The notes under the pieces: model-generated
Database searches by the model: none
The model's input: only the letters and a program-made list of their open reading frames with translations
Told to the model about the DNA's origin: nothing
Part shown: one piece after another, positions 19,280 to 29,304 of the stretch
Layout of the letters: every line of letters begins with the position of its first letter
Position numbering within the stretch: the first letter of the stretch is position 1
Translations under genes and position numbers: made by a program
Origin: a virus
Taxonomy: Duplodnaviria > Caudoviricetes
DNA length: 54,546 bases
Reading direction: 5' to 3' (one strand)
Virus record (IMG/VR): IMGVR_UViG_3300043015_001816
Coordinates: 1-54,546 of that record

Positions 19280-20230
19280 ATGAAGTTTAGATCAGGATAC
19301 AGAAAAGTAAAAACGCTTAGAAAATATGTAAATGGCAAACCAACTAATGTGACTAAGCCAAATACATCATCTGATCCTGATTACATAGAAAAATATCTTT
19401 CGGATGAATGCCCAGTCAACAATCTTCCGTCGGGTATTACAGTCACACCGACTGTCCCAGCCACCCAGGCATATAGGAATCCAACTGTAACCGGATCAAA
19501 TAACTATACTGTTAGTTTTAGCGAATATGTTAATGGGTGGACCTCTTTTCATTCATGGTTGCCGGAGTCAATGGTTAATATGAATGGCGATTTTTACACT
19601 TTTAAATCTGGACAACTCTACAAACATCACAATGATGAAAGTAATAGAAATGAATTTTACGGAACAACATATCCGTCTGAGCTAGAGTTTGTTTCCAACG
19701 ATGCTCCTGGAGATGTCAAGATGTTTAAAACAGTAGAGATAGAAGGCGACAGTAAAGATTGGGATGTTACTATCTCCACCAACTTAGATGAGGGACACAT
19801 AGATAAGAGTTCTTTTGAGAAGAAAGAAGGGTTTCATTATTCTTACATAAGAAGAAATTCTGATGACATGGTAAACACGGAGCTTCTTTCTGTGCAGGGC
19901 GTTGGTATGCTATTAGCTTCTAACGGAAATATATACAACTTTTCTTCTGTACCAAGTGAAATTGCCATAGGAGATTCTTTATATAGAGCTACAATTTCAG
20001 GATCCTATGAGTTGGTTGGGGTTATTTCAGGCCTAACTGATTCCACTGTTACGACTAGTTCCTCAGCAGTAACGCCAGCACTAAATGACTTTATGTTTGT
20101 AGCAAAGTCTCCTATCGCTGAATCATACGGACTGAAAGGTTATTTTGCTAACATAAGAATATCAAACACAAGTAATTCTAAAGTTGAGGTTTTCGCTGTG
20201 AATTCAGAAGTATCGAAAAGCTTCCCTTAA
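19280..20230 (+). CDS. Tail stabilisation/muzzle protein C-terminal part (separate gene)
   Basis: TVSFSE..NGWTSFHSW.PE, K.FKTVEIEG, FEKKEG and ESYGLKGY..EVFAVNSEV..S motifs normally close the muzzle protein. Confidence 0.75.
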   Translation: MKFRSGYRKVKTLRKYVNGKPTNVTKPNTSSDPDYIEKYLSDECPVNNLPSGITVTPTVPATQAYRNPTVTGSNNYTVSFSEYVNGWTSFHSWLPESMVNMNGDFYTFKSGQLYKHHNDESNRNEFYGTTYPSELEFVSNDAPGDVKMFKTVEIEGDSKDWDVTISTNLDEGHIDKSSFEKKEGFHYSYIRRNSDDMVNTELLSVQGVGMLLASNGNIYNFSSVPSEIAIGDSLYRATISGSYELVGVISGLTDSTVTTSSSAVTPALNDFMFVAKSPIAESYGLKGYFANIRISNTSNSKVEVFAVNSEVSKSFP

Positions 20231-20237
20231 TATTTAG

Positions 20238-20245
20238 TATATTTG
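20238..20245 (+). promoter_or_regulatory. -7 promoter element
   Basis: TATATTTG in a 20-nt gap, 5 nt before ATG 20251. Confidence 0.65.
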
Positions 20246-20250
20246 CAGTA

Positions 20251-20652
20251 ATGAAATTTAATTTAAGATCAGTCTCTAAAGAAGACTATGAAGACGTTCT
20301 TGTAAAATGGTGGAAAGATTGGGGATGGGAACCACCTCCTTTAGATTTCCTGCCAGAAACTGGACTAATTGTTTCAAAAGGCAATGTGGATATTTGCGCA
20401 GGTTTTTTATATCTTACAAATTCCAAAGTTGCTTTGACAGAGTTTGTTGTTTCTAATAAAGATTACAAGGAGTCAGACAGAGGAGAAGCAATTGATTTTC
20501 TTTTGGACTGTATATTAGAATTAGCAAACCAAAATGGGTGCAAGTATGCCCATGTGATTTTAAAAAACAAAAGTTTGTTGCAAAAATACAAACGAGCTGG
20601 ATATATAGAGTCTGATAAAAACGTTATAGAATTAATTAAGGTATGGCAATAG
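20251..20652 (+). CDS. GNAT-fold (acetyltransferase-like) protein
   Basis: ICAGFLY strand, EFVVSN...RGEAI, LLQKYKRAGY pattern; located before the ejection genes. Confidence 0.6.
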   Translation: MKFNLRSVSKEDYEDVLVKWWKDWGWEPPPLDFLPETGLIVSKGNVDICAGFLYLTNSKVALTEFVVSNKDYKESDRGEAIDFLLDCILELANQNGCKYAHVILKNKSLLQKYKRAGYIESDKNVIELIKVWQ

Positions 20653-21293
20653 CGACCGGAACAGCAATAGCCCTAGGAGTGACCGCAGCAACTGGAGCTG
20701 CAACTGCTATATCAGGGGCGTCAAGGGCTAAAAGAGCAAAGAGAGCCCTTCAAAACTTTCAAAGACAAGAGCTAAGACAAACAGAAGGTCTTCGAGTGTC
20801 TACATTGGGGGCTGAACTTCAAACTGAAGCAGCTCTACAAAGGCAAGCTTCGTCTGTTGATGCTCTTCAAGCAGGAGGAGTTAGAGGATTAGTTGGCGGA
20901 TTAGGAAGAGTTGAGGCTATACAAGGCCAGCAACAAAGACAAATAGCTGCTGACTTAGATAGACAGCAAATGCAGATTGAGCGAATGCAATTCCAAGAAG
21001 CACAATCTTTAAGGCAAATGCAAGAGCAAAGAGAGAGCTTTCAAATTGGTGCACTTATGTCTGAGCAGCAGGCTGGACAGCAAGCTATAACTTCCGGGTT
21101 ATCACAAATAGGATCTGCTGCCTTAACAGGTCTTCAGTCTATGGAGAGTATGCAATATAAAGATCCAACGGTTCAGCTTCCACAAAGTAACTCAGATCCG
21201 TTCGCCGGATCATATAGAGACTACACGAGTCAACCTGGAACGGGCGATCTTACAAGACGGCAGTTCAGGGAAATTAAAAGAGCAGGAAATTAA
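20643..21293 (+). CDS. Internal virion/ejection protein 1
   Basis: A/G/T-rich hydrophobic N-terminus and Q-rich coiled coil. Confidence 0.65.
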   Translation: MAIATGTAIALGVTAATGAATAISGASRAKRAKRALQNFQRQELRQTEGLRVSTLGAELQTEAALQRQASSVDALQAGGVRGLVGGLGRVEAIQGQQQRQIAADLDRQQMQIERMQFQEAQSLRQMQEQRESFQIGALMSEQQAGQQAITSGLSQIGSAALTGLQSMESMQYKDPTVQLPQSNSDPFAGSYRDYTSQPGTGDLTRRQFREIKRAGN

Positions 21294-21296
21294 AAT

Positions 21297-22946
21297 ATGG
21301 CAGCAAGTGATTATGTAGCTGGATATCAGGTGGCCGGAGCTGGAAAAGCTCAGGTGGTTGATTTAAGCGCACAAGCAGCTCAGGTTGCAAAATTTGGCGT
21401 TGAGCAACAAGCCTTAACAAGACAAAAGCAAAAGGAGTTTGATGATCAGAGGGCTCAATTCAAGGCCGACATGGCTGAGGCCTATGATCAATACGTTCAC
21501 GAAAACAATTTCGACAACACTGGTATATTAGACTTTGACAATGCCACTGATAAACTAAGAAACGAAATAAAGAACTCGCATTTACAAACAGAGTATCTGT
21601 ACGATCAAGGAGTTATTGACGAAGCGGAAGTCCGAAGAAGAAATAACGAAATAAAAGGTCAAGTAAATCAAGTTAAAGGATTGTCGCAGCAAATTACAAA
21701 GTTTGCTGGTGATGTTCAGACTCTTGATGAGGCGGGAAAAGGCAACGCTGTTAATGATTTAAGAACTGATCTTCTTGAAAATCTATCCAATAACTTTAAC
21801 ATTGTGTCTAACGAAAATGGTCTTCAATATCAAACTCTAGACAAGGATGGAAATGTTCTTGCTTTTAGCGCAGGAGAATTTCAAAGGATTTTAAATGCTG
21901 AGCAAGGTGTTGATATAGAAAAAGATTTAGATGAAATAGTTAAGCTTGGTGGCCTTGAAGAAAAGCTAGAAGGGTATGGTAGAGATGCTAAAAAAGTGAC
22001 GTCTTATTTGAGAGATTCTGAAGAAGGCAAAGCTCTTTTGAAAACAAGAATAGATCAGTGGTCTTCGTCAGAGAAATACGACTACATGATACAGGCTGGA
22101 CTAGCCACAGACGACCCTGAACTTGCAAGAAAACAAGGCCTAAAACTTTTAGATGCTTCGTCTATATTTAAAAAAGAAGTTTCGGAAGATGAGGAGAAGG
22201 CTATTGCTGAGCACATGGCGGAGGAACTAGGCACAAGATTGTCCTACAAAGAAACTAAAGAGCTTTACGACGACAAGTTTGCTTTAGAGGGCTTAAGACA
22301 AAAAGGAAGAGCAGCTTTAAGTAAAGAGAAAACGATTATAAAGTCAGCGGATGTCGAGCTCACGGATGATTTTGGAAACAAAAGAAGAGTTAAAGAGGTT
22401 TATCCAACTTCCGGAAAAGGCATTCAGCTGGACTACATAGTGCAAGATCCAGGAAATAACATATCGAGATCAATGATGGAGGCTATAGAGGGAATCGAAG
22501 GCGGAATACCAATACCCTTTGATGCGATTAAAAAAACTGTGTTTAAGAGACAGCGTGCAGATGTTGATTCTGGGCTAATAGAAATTGAGCTCGGATACGA
22601 TTATGACATGAAGGACGAAGCGGGGGGCGGATCTTCTCTTGTTCAAGCAATTGAAAGAATGAGCGATGTTAATTATAGAAAAAGCATTAGAAAATTTGGT
22701 CAGGATGCTGGATTGAGTGAGGCGGAGATAAGTAATCTTGAGACTAATAAATCTCAAGGTGTGTCTTTTTTAACTGATCGAGCTCCAAAAGCAGGATCAG
22801 CAACATTTACCTATGTCCCAACAAATATAAGTGAGTACAATAAGATACGAACAGCTACTGGACAAGAGCCAATATCAAATGCGGATTGGTCTAAATACAT
22901 TGAAGCCAAAAAGAAAAGTCAAGGCTGGTCTTCTTTGAATAAATAA
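21297..22946 (+). CDS. Internal virion/ejection protein 2
   Basis: 549-aa helical protein between ejection-type genes. Confidence 0.55.
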   Translation: MAASDYVAGYQVAGAGKAQVVDLSAQAAQVAKFGVEQQALTRQKQKEFDDQRAQFKADMAEAYDQYVHENNFDNTGILDFDNATDKLRNEIKNSHLQTEYLYDQGVIDEAEVRRRNNEIKGQVNQVKGLSQQITKFAGDVQTLDEAGKGNAVNDLRTDLLENLSNNFNIVSNENGLQYQTLDKDGNVLAFSAGEFQRILNAEQGVDIEKDLDEIVKLGGLEEKLEGYGRDAKKVTSYLRDSEEGKALLKTRIDQWSSSEKYDYMIQAGLATDDPELARKQGLKLLDASSIFKKEVSEDEEKAIAEHMAEELGTRLSYKETKELYDDKFALEGLRQKGRAALSKEKTIIKSADVELTDDFGNKRRVKEVYPTSGKGIQLDYIVQDPGNNISRSMMEAIEGIEGGIPIPFDAIKKTVFKRQRADVDSGLIEIELGYDYDMKDEAGGGSSLVQAIERMSDVNYRKSIRKFGQDAGLSEAEISNLETNKSQGVSFLTDRAPKAGSATFTYVPTNISEYNKIRTATGQEPISNADWSKYIEAKKKSQGWSSLNK

Positions 22947-22961
22947 TTATATAGAGCATAC

Positions 22962-25900
22962 ATGGACGAAGAAAATATCATTTCAGATTCAACTTTAGAT
23001 CCAGGAACAGAGCAAGATAAAAGTGTAATTCCTGAAGTAAATGACGATGCTTTACAGTTAGCATATAATGATGCGTTTGACAATGGCTTTGTTGGAGACA
23101 AACAAAAGTTCTATCAAGTTCTTTGTGAAAACGAACAAGCACAAAATTGGTCTTATGAGTCCGCTCAGCTTGATGGATATAATGGATCTCTCGAAGACTT
23201 TAAAAACCTTCTCGGGATAGATGTTGCTGTTTCTAAAGTGGATCAAGAAGAGCCTGAAGTAAAAAAAAAAGATATACTTGGTCCGCTTTCGGAAGAAGAT
23301 TCGAAATTATTATCACTCGAGTCTGAGTTTACCGATTCAGACGTTAACTTTAGCGTAGATAAAGCAGCAAGATACCAGGAGGAATACAGAAAAGCTGAGT
23401 TAAAAAAAGCAACTGAAGAGCTAAGACAGATCCGTCCAGATATAGACTGGGAGAAGTCTAAAGATGAATATTACGGAGTCGACATGGCTCCAGAACTCAC
23501 TGCCACCACAGAGTATAAGGATGTAACAGACATATCTGCAGGAGAAATAAAAGCTAGAGAAGAAAAGGCTAAAATTTTCCAAGAATATAAAGAAGGAAAA
23601 AGAGAACTTACTCCACAGCAATCATTAGTGAACACCCTCTATAATCAAATGGGAAGGTTGGCCACTATTGATGACACTTATAGATACTTATACGGAATTG
23701 CAACAAATGACTTAGAGCAAGTCGGTATTGCAAAGGCTGAATTAGACAGGATAGAATCCTATGCTGCCCCAGTAGCAGAGTTTACGGAAGACGCTAACTT
23801 AATTGAAAATCCAGGAATGTTTGCGGCTGCGGTAGCTGATGGCTTTGCTGGGTTCGCAACGTCTTATGCAATCATGAGAGCTATTCCCGGACCCGGACGT
23901 TTTGGTAAATTAGTTGGTGAAGTAACGCTTGGAAGTGAAATGATTGCTAGATCAATCAAGTCATACAACGAAGAAAAAGCTAAAGCAAACGGAAAGACAG
24001 TTGAGGACCTTCATGCAGATGGAGAGTTCGATGTTGCTATGCCCGCAATGATGGGTTATTTTGAGTACAGGCTTGAGAAGCTTGGTCTTACTGGGGTTGG
24101 TGCAGCTATAACTAAACTTGGAAGCAAGGGCTACTCAAAGCTTGCTAAGTTACTGACCTTTGGTTCATCTCAAATGAAAGAAGGAGGAACTGAATATGGA
24201 CAGAATATTCTTGAAGATGTAAATAAATACATTGCCAGAATTGACACCCCTGAAAATATAGAAAAATACAAAGACAATCCCGTTGCTCTTTACAATAAAA
24301 TTGGAGAAGAGTTTGTTAGATCAGCTCAATCGAGAGAATCAAGAGAGGCTTTATATAAGGGAATAGCTGGTGGGGCTGGAGGAACTATTGTTGGAACCTC
24401 TTATAACAAGGTCATGGCTGCGACTAAAAACAAAGATCAGGTCAAAGCACAAGAGGATCTTGTTGATACGATGCTAGATCTAGAGGGCATGCAAAGAAAC
24501 AAGAACCTAAGCGACTCAGACAGAGAGGTAATTAAAACCGCCCAAGACGCTGCACTTGAGGAGTTAAAAAAGATACAAGCGGAGGCGGAAGAAAATGTAT
24601 CATCTTTAAATGAACAGCAAGTAAACGAAATTGTAAAGCTCCGTGAAGAACAGGTGTCTTTAAATAATCAACTATGGAATGTAGAGAACTCTGAAAATTT
24701 AACAAGAGAACAAAAGGACAAGGTTATAGAGTCTCTTGAGAAAAAGTTCAAGGATAATGTTTCTAGGGTTAGGCAGATACAAAAAGAATCAATAGATTCT
24801 AAGGAGGCAGAAGAAAAGGTGGCGACAGAACAAGAAGCTCCGGCCGCACCAGAGCAAGTTCTAACTGAAGAAGAACAATTGCTTCCCCTCAAGGACGAGC
24901 AAGGGTCTACATTTGAATCGCCAGAGGGATCTCAGAGGTTTATCATAGGAGGTAGACAAAGAACTATTGCATTAGTAGATGCTTCCGGAAAACTAATAGG
25001 CGCTTTTGATTCCAAAACTGGGGAAAAAAGGAAGACTACGAAGTCATCAGAAGATGAACTGATTAAACAGTTCAATTATGACGCCGGAAAGTCAGCTTTT
25101 GAAGGCGTTGAAACTACAGAAAGGGATGATGTAAACGAAATCGTAGCTAATGAAAGTCAAAATCCTAAAGAGGTTGCTGTAGCTTTTATGCAGGAAAAAG
25201 AAAAGGGGCCTGAAGATAGTGGAGCTTCTCAATTACTTACCAACTTAAGGGAGGATGGACAAAGGTTCAGCCTTGAATCTTTGCTTAGACATGCAGGATT
25301 CACCCCTAAACAAGAAGGCTTGTTCCCCAGCGGAGAGTTCACCCCAAGAGAATTAAGAAGACTTAAAATTCAGCTAAATAAAAACTATCCAGGCATATTA
25401 AAATGGGTTGCCAAAGATAAGAAGGATACTAACATAGAAGATGTTTCCCGAGATAATTATGGCGTAGAACCTGATGATGTTTTTCAAGCAATTAAAGGGA
25501 AAAGCCCTGTTCCTAATAAAGTATCGGTAACAGAAGCAAATTTAAAAGAAAGATTTAAAGAGCTAACCGGTCTTCAGGGAACTGATGATCAAATTCAAAG
25601 GGTAGCGGAGCAAGATCCAGCACAACTAATGTCTCCTAGAGTTCCTGTTGATGTTGAACAGGAGCTGTCTGAAAGGATGGAGGAAGAGCGAATCGAAATG
25701 GAGTATGCGGACAGACAAGGTATAGACACCGAGGAAGGAGCTGAGAACACAAAAAGGTCTTTAAAAACTTGGTTTAATGAACTCCGGGCAAGGATTGGAC
25801 TTGACCCAAAGAGAGGTAATGTTGCGGTTAGAAACCTACAGGAAAGGCTGAAAGGCGGTATGGAGAGTGGAAAATATGAAGCATACACTAGATTTGAAAG

Positions 25901-28319
25901 CCTAGAAAAACAAATTAAAAAGCTCTCAAAAGAAGATCAGCAGAAAGCTAGATCTTTAAGCGACAAGATACTTAGAGGGGAAGAGATCACTCTGGAGGAA
26001 GTAAATTCTTTTCCAGTCATTGCTAAACAATCTAAGGAATTTAGAGATTCAGTTGACAAACTTAGCCAGGAATTAATTAATCTAGGGATACTAACTCCGG
26101 AAGCGGCTGATAACATCTCAAACAATATTGGAGAGTATTTAACCAGATCTTATGCTGCATTTACAGATCCAAACTACAAACCAGATGCAAGCGTAAGGCA
26201 GGACGCAAAACAATTCTTAATAGACAATCCTTATCTTATTGAGGAGGCAGCCAGGAAGAGAGCGAAAGAAGAGAATATACCTTTAAGAGTTGCTATGGGT
26301 ATTGAGGCTGACATCTATCTTGATTCGCGTCTTGAAAAAGATGAGGCTGCATATCCATTAGGAAGAAGCTTTAAGTTGGATAAGTCTATATTGAAGCAAA
26401 GAAAAGATTTGCCTAAACCTATTAGAAGATTCTTAGGGGAGGTAAAAGATGGTAGGGTAGCCACATATATAACACACTTGAAACTCAACAACCTTGTTCA
26501 GACAGCCAAGTATCAAAAGGGAATGCTAGAAAACGGACTGGGTAAGTTTATTTTTAAAAAAAATGATCCCAACAAACCTAAAGGTGCGGTAGAAATAACT
26601 GGAAGTGCTTATGAGATATTAGCAGGATATTATGCGTCTCCAAAAGTTATTGAGTCTATCATTCCACAAATACAAAAACAAAACAATTCAACCATACAGG
26701 CACTACTTGATTTGAATGGATTAGTTAAAGGATGGAAGACTGTATACAACCCGACATCTTATATGAGAAACTATATATCTAGCTTGGTTATGCTTGCAGG
26801 TAAAGGAGATTTTTCTTTGAAGGAATTTGTGGATGCTCATAAAGAGTATTTGAATACTATTAAGGGGAAAAAGATATTTGAAGAAGAAATTGCAGAGTAT
26901 AAGGAGATGGGGATTCATGGCCAAAACATTGACATTGGGATGATTAAAAGCGCTATGCGTGAAGATGCTGCCGATATAAAAACTGGATTGTACAAGAGGA
27001 TTACTGACAAAGACAATGACCAGGCTTCTGTTATAAGAAAAAGCATCAGATCAATATACAAGCTAGGAAAGCTAGGTAAAGGAATAGAGTGGAGTTCGGA
27101 AAGAATGCAGTCAATATTCCAGGCTGGGGATGACATTATTAGAAGTGCGGCCTATAAAAAAAGAAAAAAGTTTTATGCTGATGCTAGATTCAATAAGAAA
27201 TTAGAGGACCTATCGCAAGAAGAGCTACAACAAGTTAAGGAAGAGGCCGCTAATGAGATTAAAGATCAATATAATAATTACGACAGGGTTCCTCCAGCTA
27301 TAAAGAAACTTAGTAGGAATGCTGTGTTTGGATCATTTGTTCAATTCCCTGCTGAGATGATAAGAAATAGTGTTAACGTTATAGCAGATACGTCCTTAAA
27401 ATTGAATGATCCAAATGAAAAGATCAGAAATGATGCAAGGACTAGACTCGCTACTTTCTTGACAACTCAATCGGCATTACTAACGGGAACCACTTATCTT
27501 GGGACAGAAATTTCAAAATTATTTATGCTTGACGATGAAGAGGAAGATGAAATTCTAACTGTAAAAGACTTAAGGAATGTAGTTGCCCCTTGGTCTAAGA
27601 ATCACAAGATTCTTGTTCGTGAAATGGGGGATAATAAACTAAGCTACATAGATGTAAGTGCAAACAACCCATACAACATGATATCTAGGGTTGTGCAAAG
27701 AGTAGGGATTGATGGCATTAGCAATACAAAAGAAGCTTTTGATGCTGTATTTGATTTCTTTGGTCCATTCTTAGATCAAGAGATCCTTAGTAGATCAATA
27801 CAGGAAGCTGTGGAAGGAGAGAACTCAAATGGAAAGCCATTATATTTTCCTACCGATTCTGGTCCAGAAAAGTTTTCAAAAGGAAGTATGCACATACTTG
27901 AAAGTATAATGCCTGGATATGTTAACTTTATCGAGAGAGTCACAGACGAAGATAAAAGTACAGTCAATGAATTGATATCACTAACAGGGTTTAGAACAAC
28001 AGAGGTTGATCTCGGGACTTCTATTTACTTTAAGATGAAGGCTACATACAATGAGATGCAGTCTTTACAGTCAAGCTATAGAGCGGACTTAAGGGAGGGA
28101 AAAGACACCTACGATGAAGCTGCTATTAGATATGGAGAAGCTATATCTAAAGCCAATGAAGTGTTACAATCTCACATAAGACTTGGTCTTGATTCAAAGG
28201 TTGCTCTTGAGCAGATGAAAAAGATGATGGCTAAGAATCAGAAGTTCAGTAACGATGAAATCAGGGCTATCATTTATGGAATACCAATAGCCTTCAAGCC
28301 TGCCAAGAAAACTAAATAA
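22962..28319 (+). CDS. Large internal virion/ejection protein 3
   Basis: 1785 aa, helical; G/A-rich membrane-like segments; YLTRSY, F.SF.QFPAEMIRN and IDVS..NPY motifs; no RNA polymerase DxDGD motif seen. Confidence 0.7.
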   Translation: MDEENIISDSTLDPGTEQDKSVIPEVNDDALQLAYNDAFDNGFVGDKQKFYQVLCENEQAQNWSYESAQLDGYNGSLEDFKNLLGIDVAVSKVDQEEPEVKKKDILGPLSEEDSKLLSLESEFTDSDVNFSVDKAARYQEEYRKAELKKATEELRQIRPDIDWEKSKDEYYGVDMAPELTATTEYKDVTDISAGEIKAREEKAKIFQEYKEGKRELTPQQSLVNTLYNQMGRLATIDDTYRYLYGIATNDLEQVGIAKAELDRIESYAAPVAEFTEDANLIENPGMFAAAVADGFAGFATSYAIMRAIPGPGRFGKLVGEVTLGSEMIARSIKSYNEEKAKANGKTVEDLHADGEFDVAMPAMMGYFEYRLEKLGLTGVGAAITKLGSKGYSKLAKLLTFGSSQMKEGGTEYGQNILEDVNKYIARIDTPENIEKYKDNPVALYNKIGEEFVRSAQSRESREALYKGIAGGAGGTIVGTSYNKVMAATKNKDQVKAQEDLVDTMLDLEGMQRNKNLSDSDREVIKTAQDAALEELKKIQAEAEENVSSLNEQQVNEIVKLREEQVSLNNQLWNVENSENLTREQKDKVIESLEKKFKDNVSRVRQIQKESIDSKEAEEKVATEQEAPAAPEQVLTEEEQLLPLKDEQGSTFESPEGSQRFIIGGRQRTIALVDASGKLIGAFDSKTGEKRKTTKSSEDELIKQFNYDAGKSAFEGVETTERDDVNEIVANESQNPKEVAVAFMQEKEKGPEDSGASQLLTNLREDGQRFSLESLLRHAGFTPKQEGLFPSGEFTPRELRRLKIQLNKNYPGILKWVAKDKKDTNIEDVSRDNYGVEPDDVFQAIKGKSPVPNKVSVTEANLKERFKELTGLQGTDDQIQRVAEQDPAQLMSPRVPVDVEQELSERMEEERIEMEYADRQGIDTEEGAENTKRSLKTWFNELRARIGLDPKRGNVAVRNLQERLKGGMESGKYEAYTRFESLEKQIKKLSKEDQQKARSLSDKILRGEEITLEEVNSFPVIAKQSKEFRDSVDKLSQELINLGILTPEAADNISNNIGEYLTRSYAAFTDPNYKPDASVRQDAKQFLIDNPYLIEEAARKRAKEENIPLRVAMGIEADIYLDSRLEKDEAAYPLGRSFKLDKSILKQRKDLPKPIRRFLGEVKDGRVATYITHLKLNNLVQTAKYQKGMLENGLGKFIFKKNDPNKPKGAVEITGSAYEILAGYYASPKVIESIIPQIQKQNNSTIQALLDLNGLVKGWKTVYNPTSYMRNYISSLVMLAGKGDFSLKEFVDAHKEYLNTIKGKKIFEEEIAEYKEMGIHGQNIDIGMIKSAMREDAADIKTGLYKRITDKDNDQASVIRKSIRSIYKLGKLGKGIEWSSERMQSIFQAGDDIIRSAAYKKRKKFYADARFNKKLEDLSQEELQQVKEEAANEIKDQYNNYDRVPPAIKKLSRNAVFGSFVQFPAEMIRNSVNVIADTSLKLNDPNEKIRNDARTRLATFLTTQSALLTGTTYLGTEISKLFMLDDEEEDEILTVKDLRNVVAPWSKNHKILVREMGDNKLSYIDVSANNPYNMISRVVQRVGIDGISNTKEAFDAVFDFFGPFLDQEILSRSIQEAVEGENSNGKPLYFPTDSGPEKFSKGSMHILESIMPGYVNFIERVTDEDKSTVNELISLTGFRTTEVDLGTSIYFKMKATYNEMQSLQSSYRADLREGKDTYDEAAIRYGEAISKANEVLQSHIRLGLDSKVALEQMKKMMAKNQKFSNDEIRAIIYGIPIAFKPAKKTK
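23261..23270 (+). other. A10 run, candidate slippage/-1 frameshift site
   Basis: GTA AAA AAA AAA GAT; the -1 frame stays open for 18 codons to TGA at 23324-23326. Confidence 0.45.
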
Positions 28320-28348
28320 AAAAAAGGGACTGAATTAACAGCCCCTTT
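28318..28348 (-). terminator. Intrinsic terminator between convergent modules
   Basis: Minus strand ggggctg-ttaatt-cagtccc followed by T8; its G-U pair works only on the minus strand. Confidence 0.8.
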
Positions 28349-28390
28349 CTCGCCCCGACTAAGAGCACAATCCAAAAAAGCCCTTAGCTT
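28318..28390 (-). ncRNA. Candidate ~70-nt sRNA
   Basis: Full TTTG-N19-TAGCTTTG promoter at 28426-28396, an 8-bp hairpin with U-rich loop, then the terminator. Confidence 0.45.
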
Positions 28391-28400
28391 AAAGCCAAAG

Positions 28401-28850
28401 CTACAATATTTTTTTTAATAAACAAATAACTTCTTCACAATCTTTTTGATTTCTTGGCATAAATAAAGCTGGAGATTGTCCGGTATCAGCTAAATGTTTT
28501 TTAAAAAGCTTCCACCTGATAGGGAAAGCTTCGTTAGGATTTCCTTTGCATTCTATAATAAACCTTCTCGGTTCCTTAGCGTCTATAAAGTCTGGAGTGT
28601 ACCTGATAGGTAAGATGTTTTTGTTCCCTTTGTCTTGTAAAATTTTTTTACCTTTAGTTTTTTCGTAACTTGACGCTGGAAAATTAAAACCCCTGACAAC
28701 TTCATATGTCTCCCCTTCGTACAAAACTTTTATTTTTTCTCTTTCTAGCGCTTTGTACATATACAGCTCTAACTTGGAAGCAAACTTATGTCCTTTGTAT
28801 GTTACTTTGGTACTCCTGGTGATTTGTTTTCTTTTAGAATATTTCCTCAT
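28401..28850 (-). CDS. PD-(D/E)xK endonuclease (T7 endonuclease I/resolvase-like)
   Basis: FASKLE, YTPDF and IIECKG motifs. Confidence 0.8.
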   Translation of the reverse strand: MRKYSKRKQITRSTKVTYKGHKFASKLELYMYKALEREKIKVLYEGETYEVVRGFNFPASSYEKTKGKKILQDKGNKNILPIRYTPDFIDAKEPRRFIIECKGNPNEAFPIRWKLFKKHLADTGQSPALFMPRNQKDCEEVICLLKKIL

Positions 28851-29304
28851 TGTCTTTCCTGATTGTTATAATATTCTTGAATCCAAGTATTGAATCGAAA
28901 TAAAACAGGGCATCTTTTTCGGACCTAGCTATGCAATGTCTAACGGGCTCGTCTCCCACTAAGGTTGCTTCTGTTTGAGCTATGTACCTGTCGTAATCGT
29001 TTACTTCATTAACCCACAACAGTTCCATGAGCTCTTCGTAAAATCCATCATATTCAGCTATCGCATACACAGCCTGAAGGTCTGTACACATAAGCTCGTT
29101 TGCTTGCCACTGAACCTCCTTTGAACTAAAGGTCAATATTTTCATTGATGTGTCTTTGTCGTTTACATTTCCCAAATCGACATAGTAATAGTTTTCTTCG
29201 AGGGTACTACTAATTAATACGCTTGCTACGTATATACCTACTACCTCTTGTTCTTCAGGAGTTAAGCTCCTACTAAAGACCACTCTGTCTATTGCTGATC
29301 TCAT
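28834..29304 (-). CDS. Hypothetical protein
   Basis: 156-aa acidic ORF overlapping its neighbours in the operon. Confidence 0.6.
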   Translation of the reverse strand: MRSAIDRVVFSRSLTPEEQEVVGIYVASVLISSTLEENYYYVDLGNVNDKDTSMKILTFSSKEVQWQANELMCTDLQAVYAIAEYDGFYEELMELLWVNEVNDYDRYIAQTEATLVGDEPVRHCIARSEKDALFYFDSILGFKNIITIRKDNEEIF

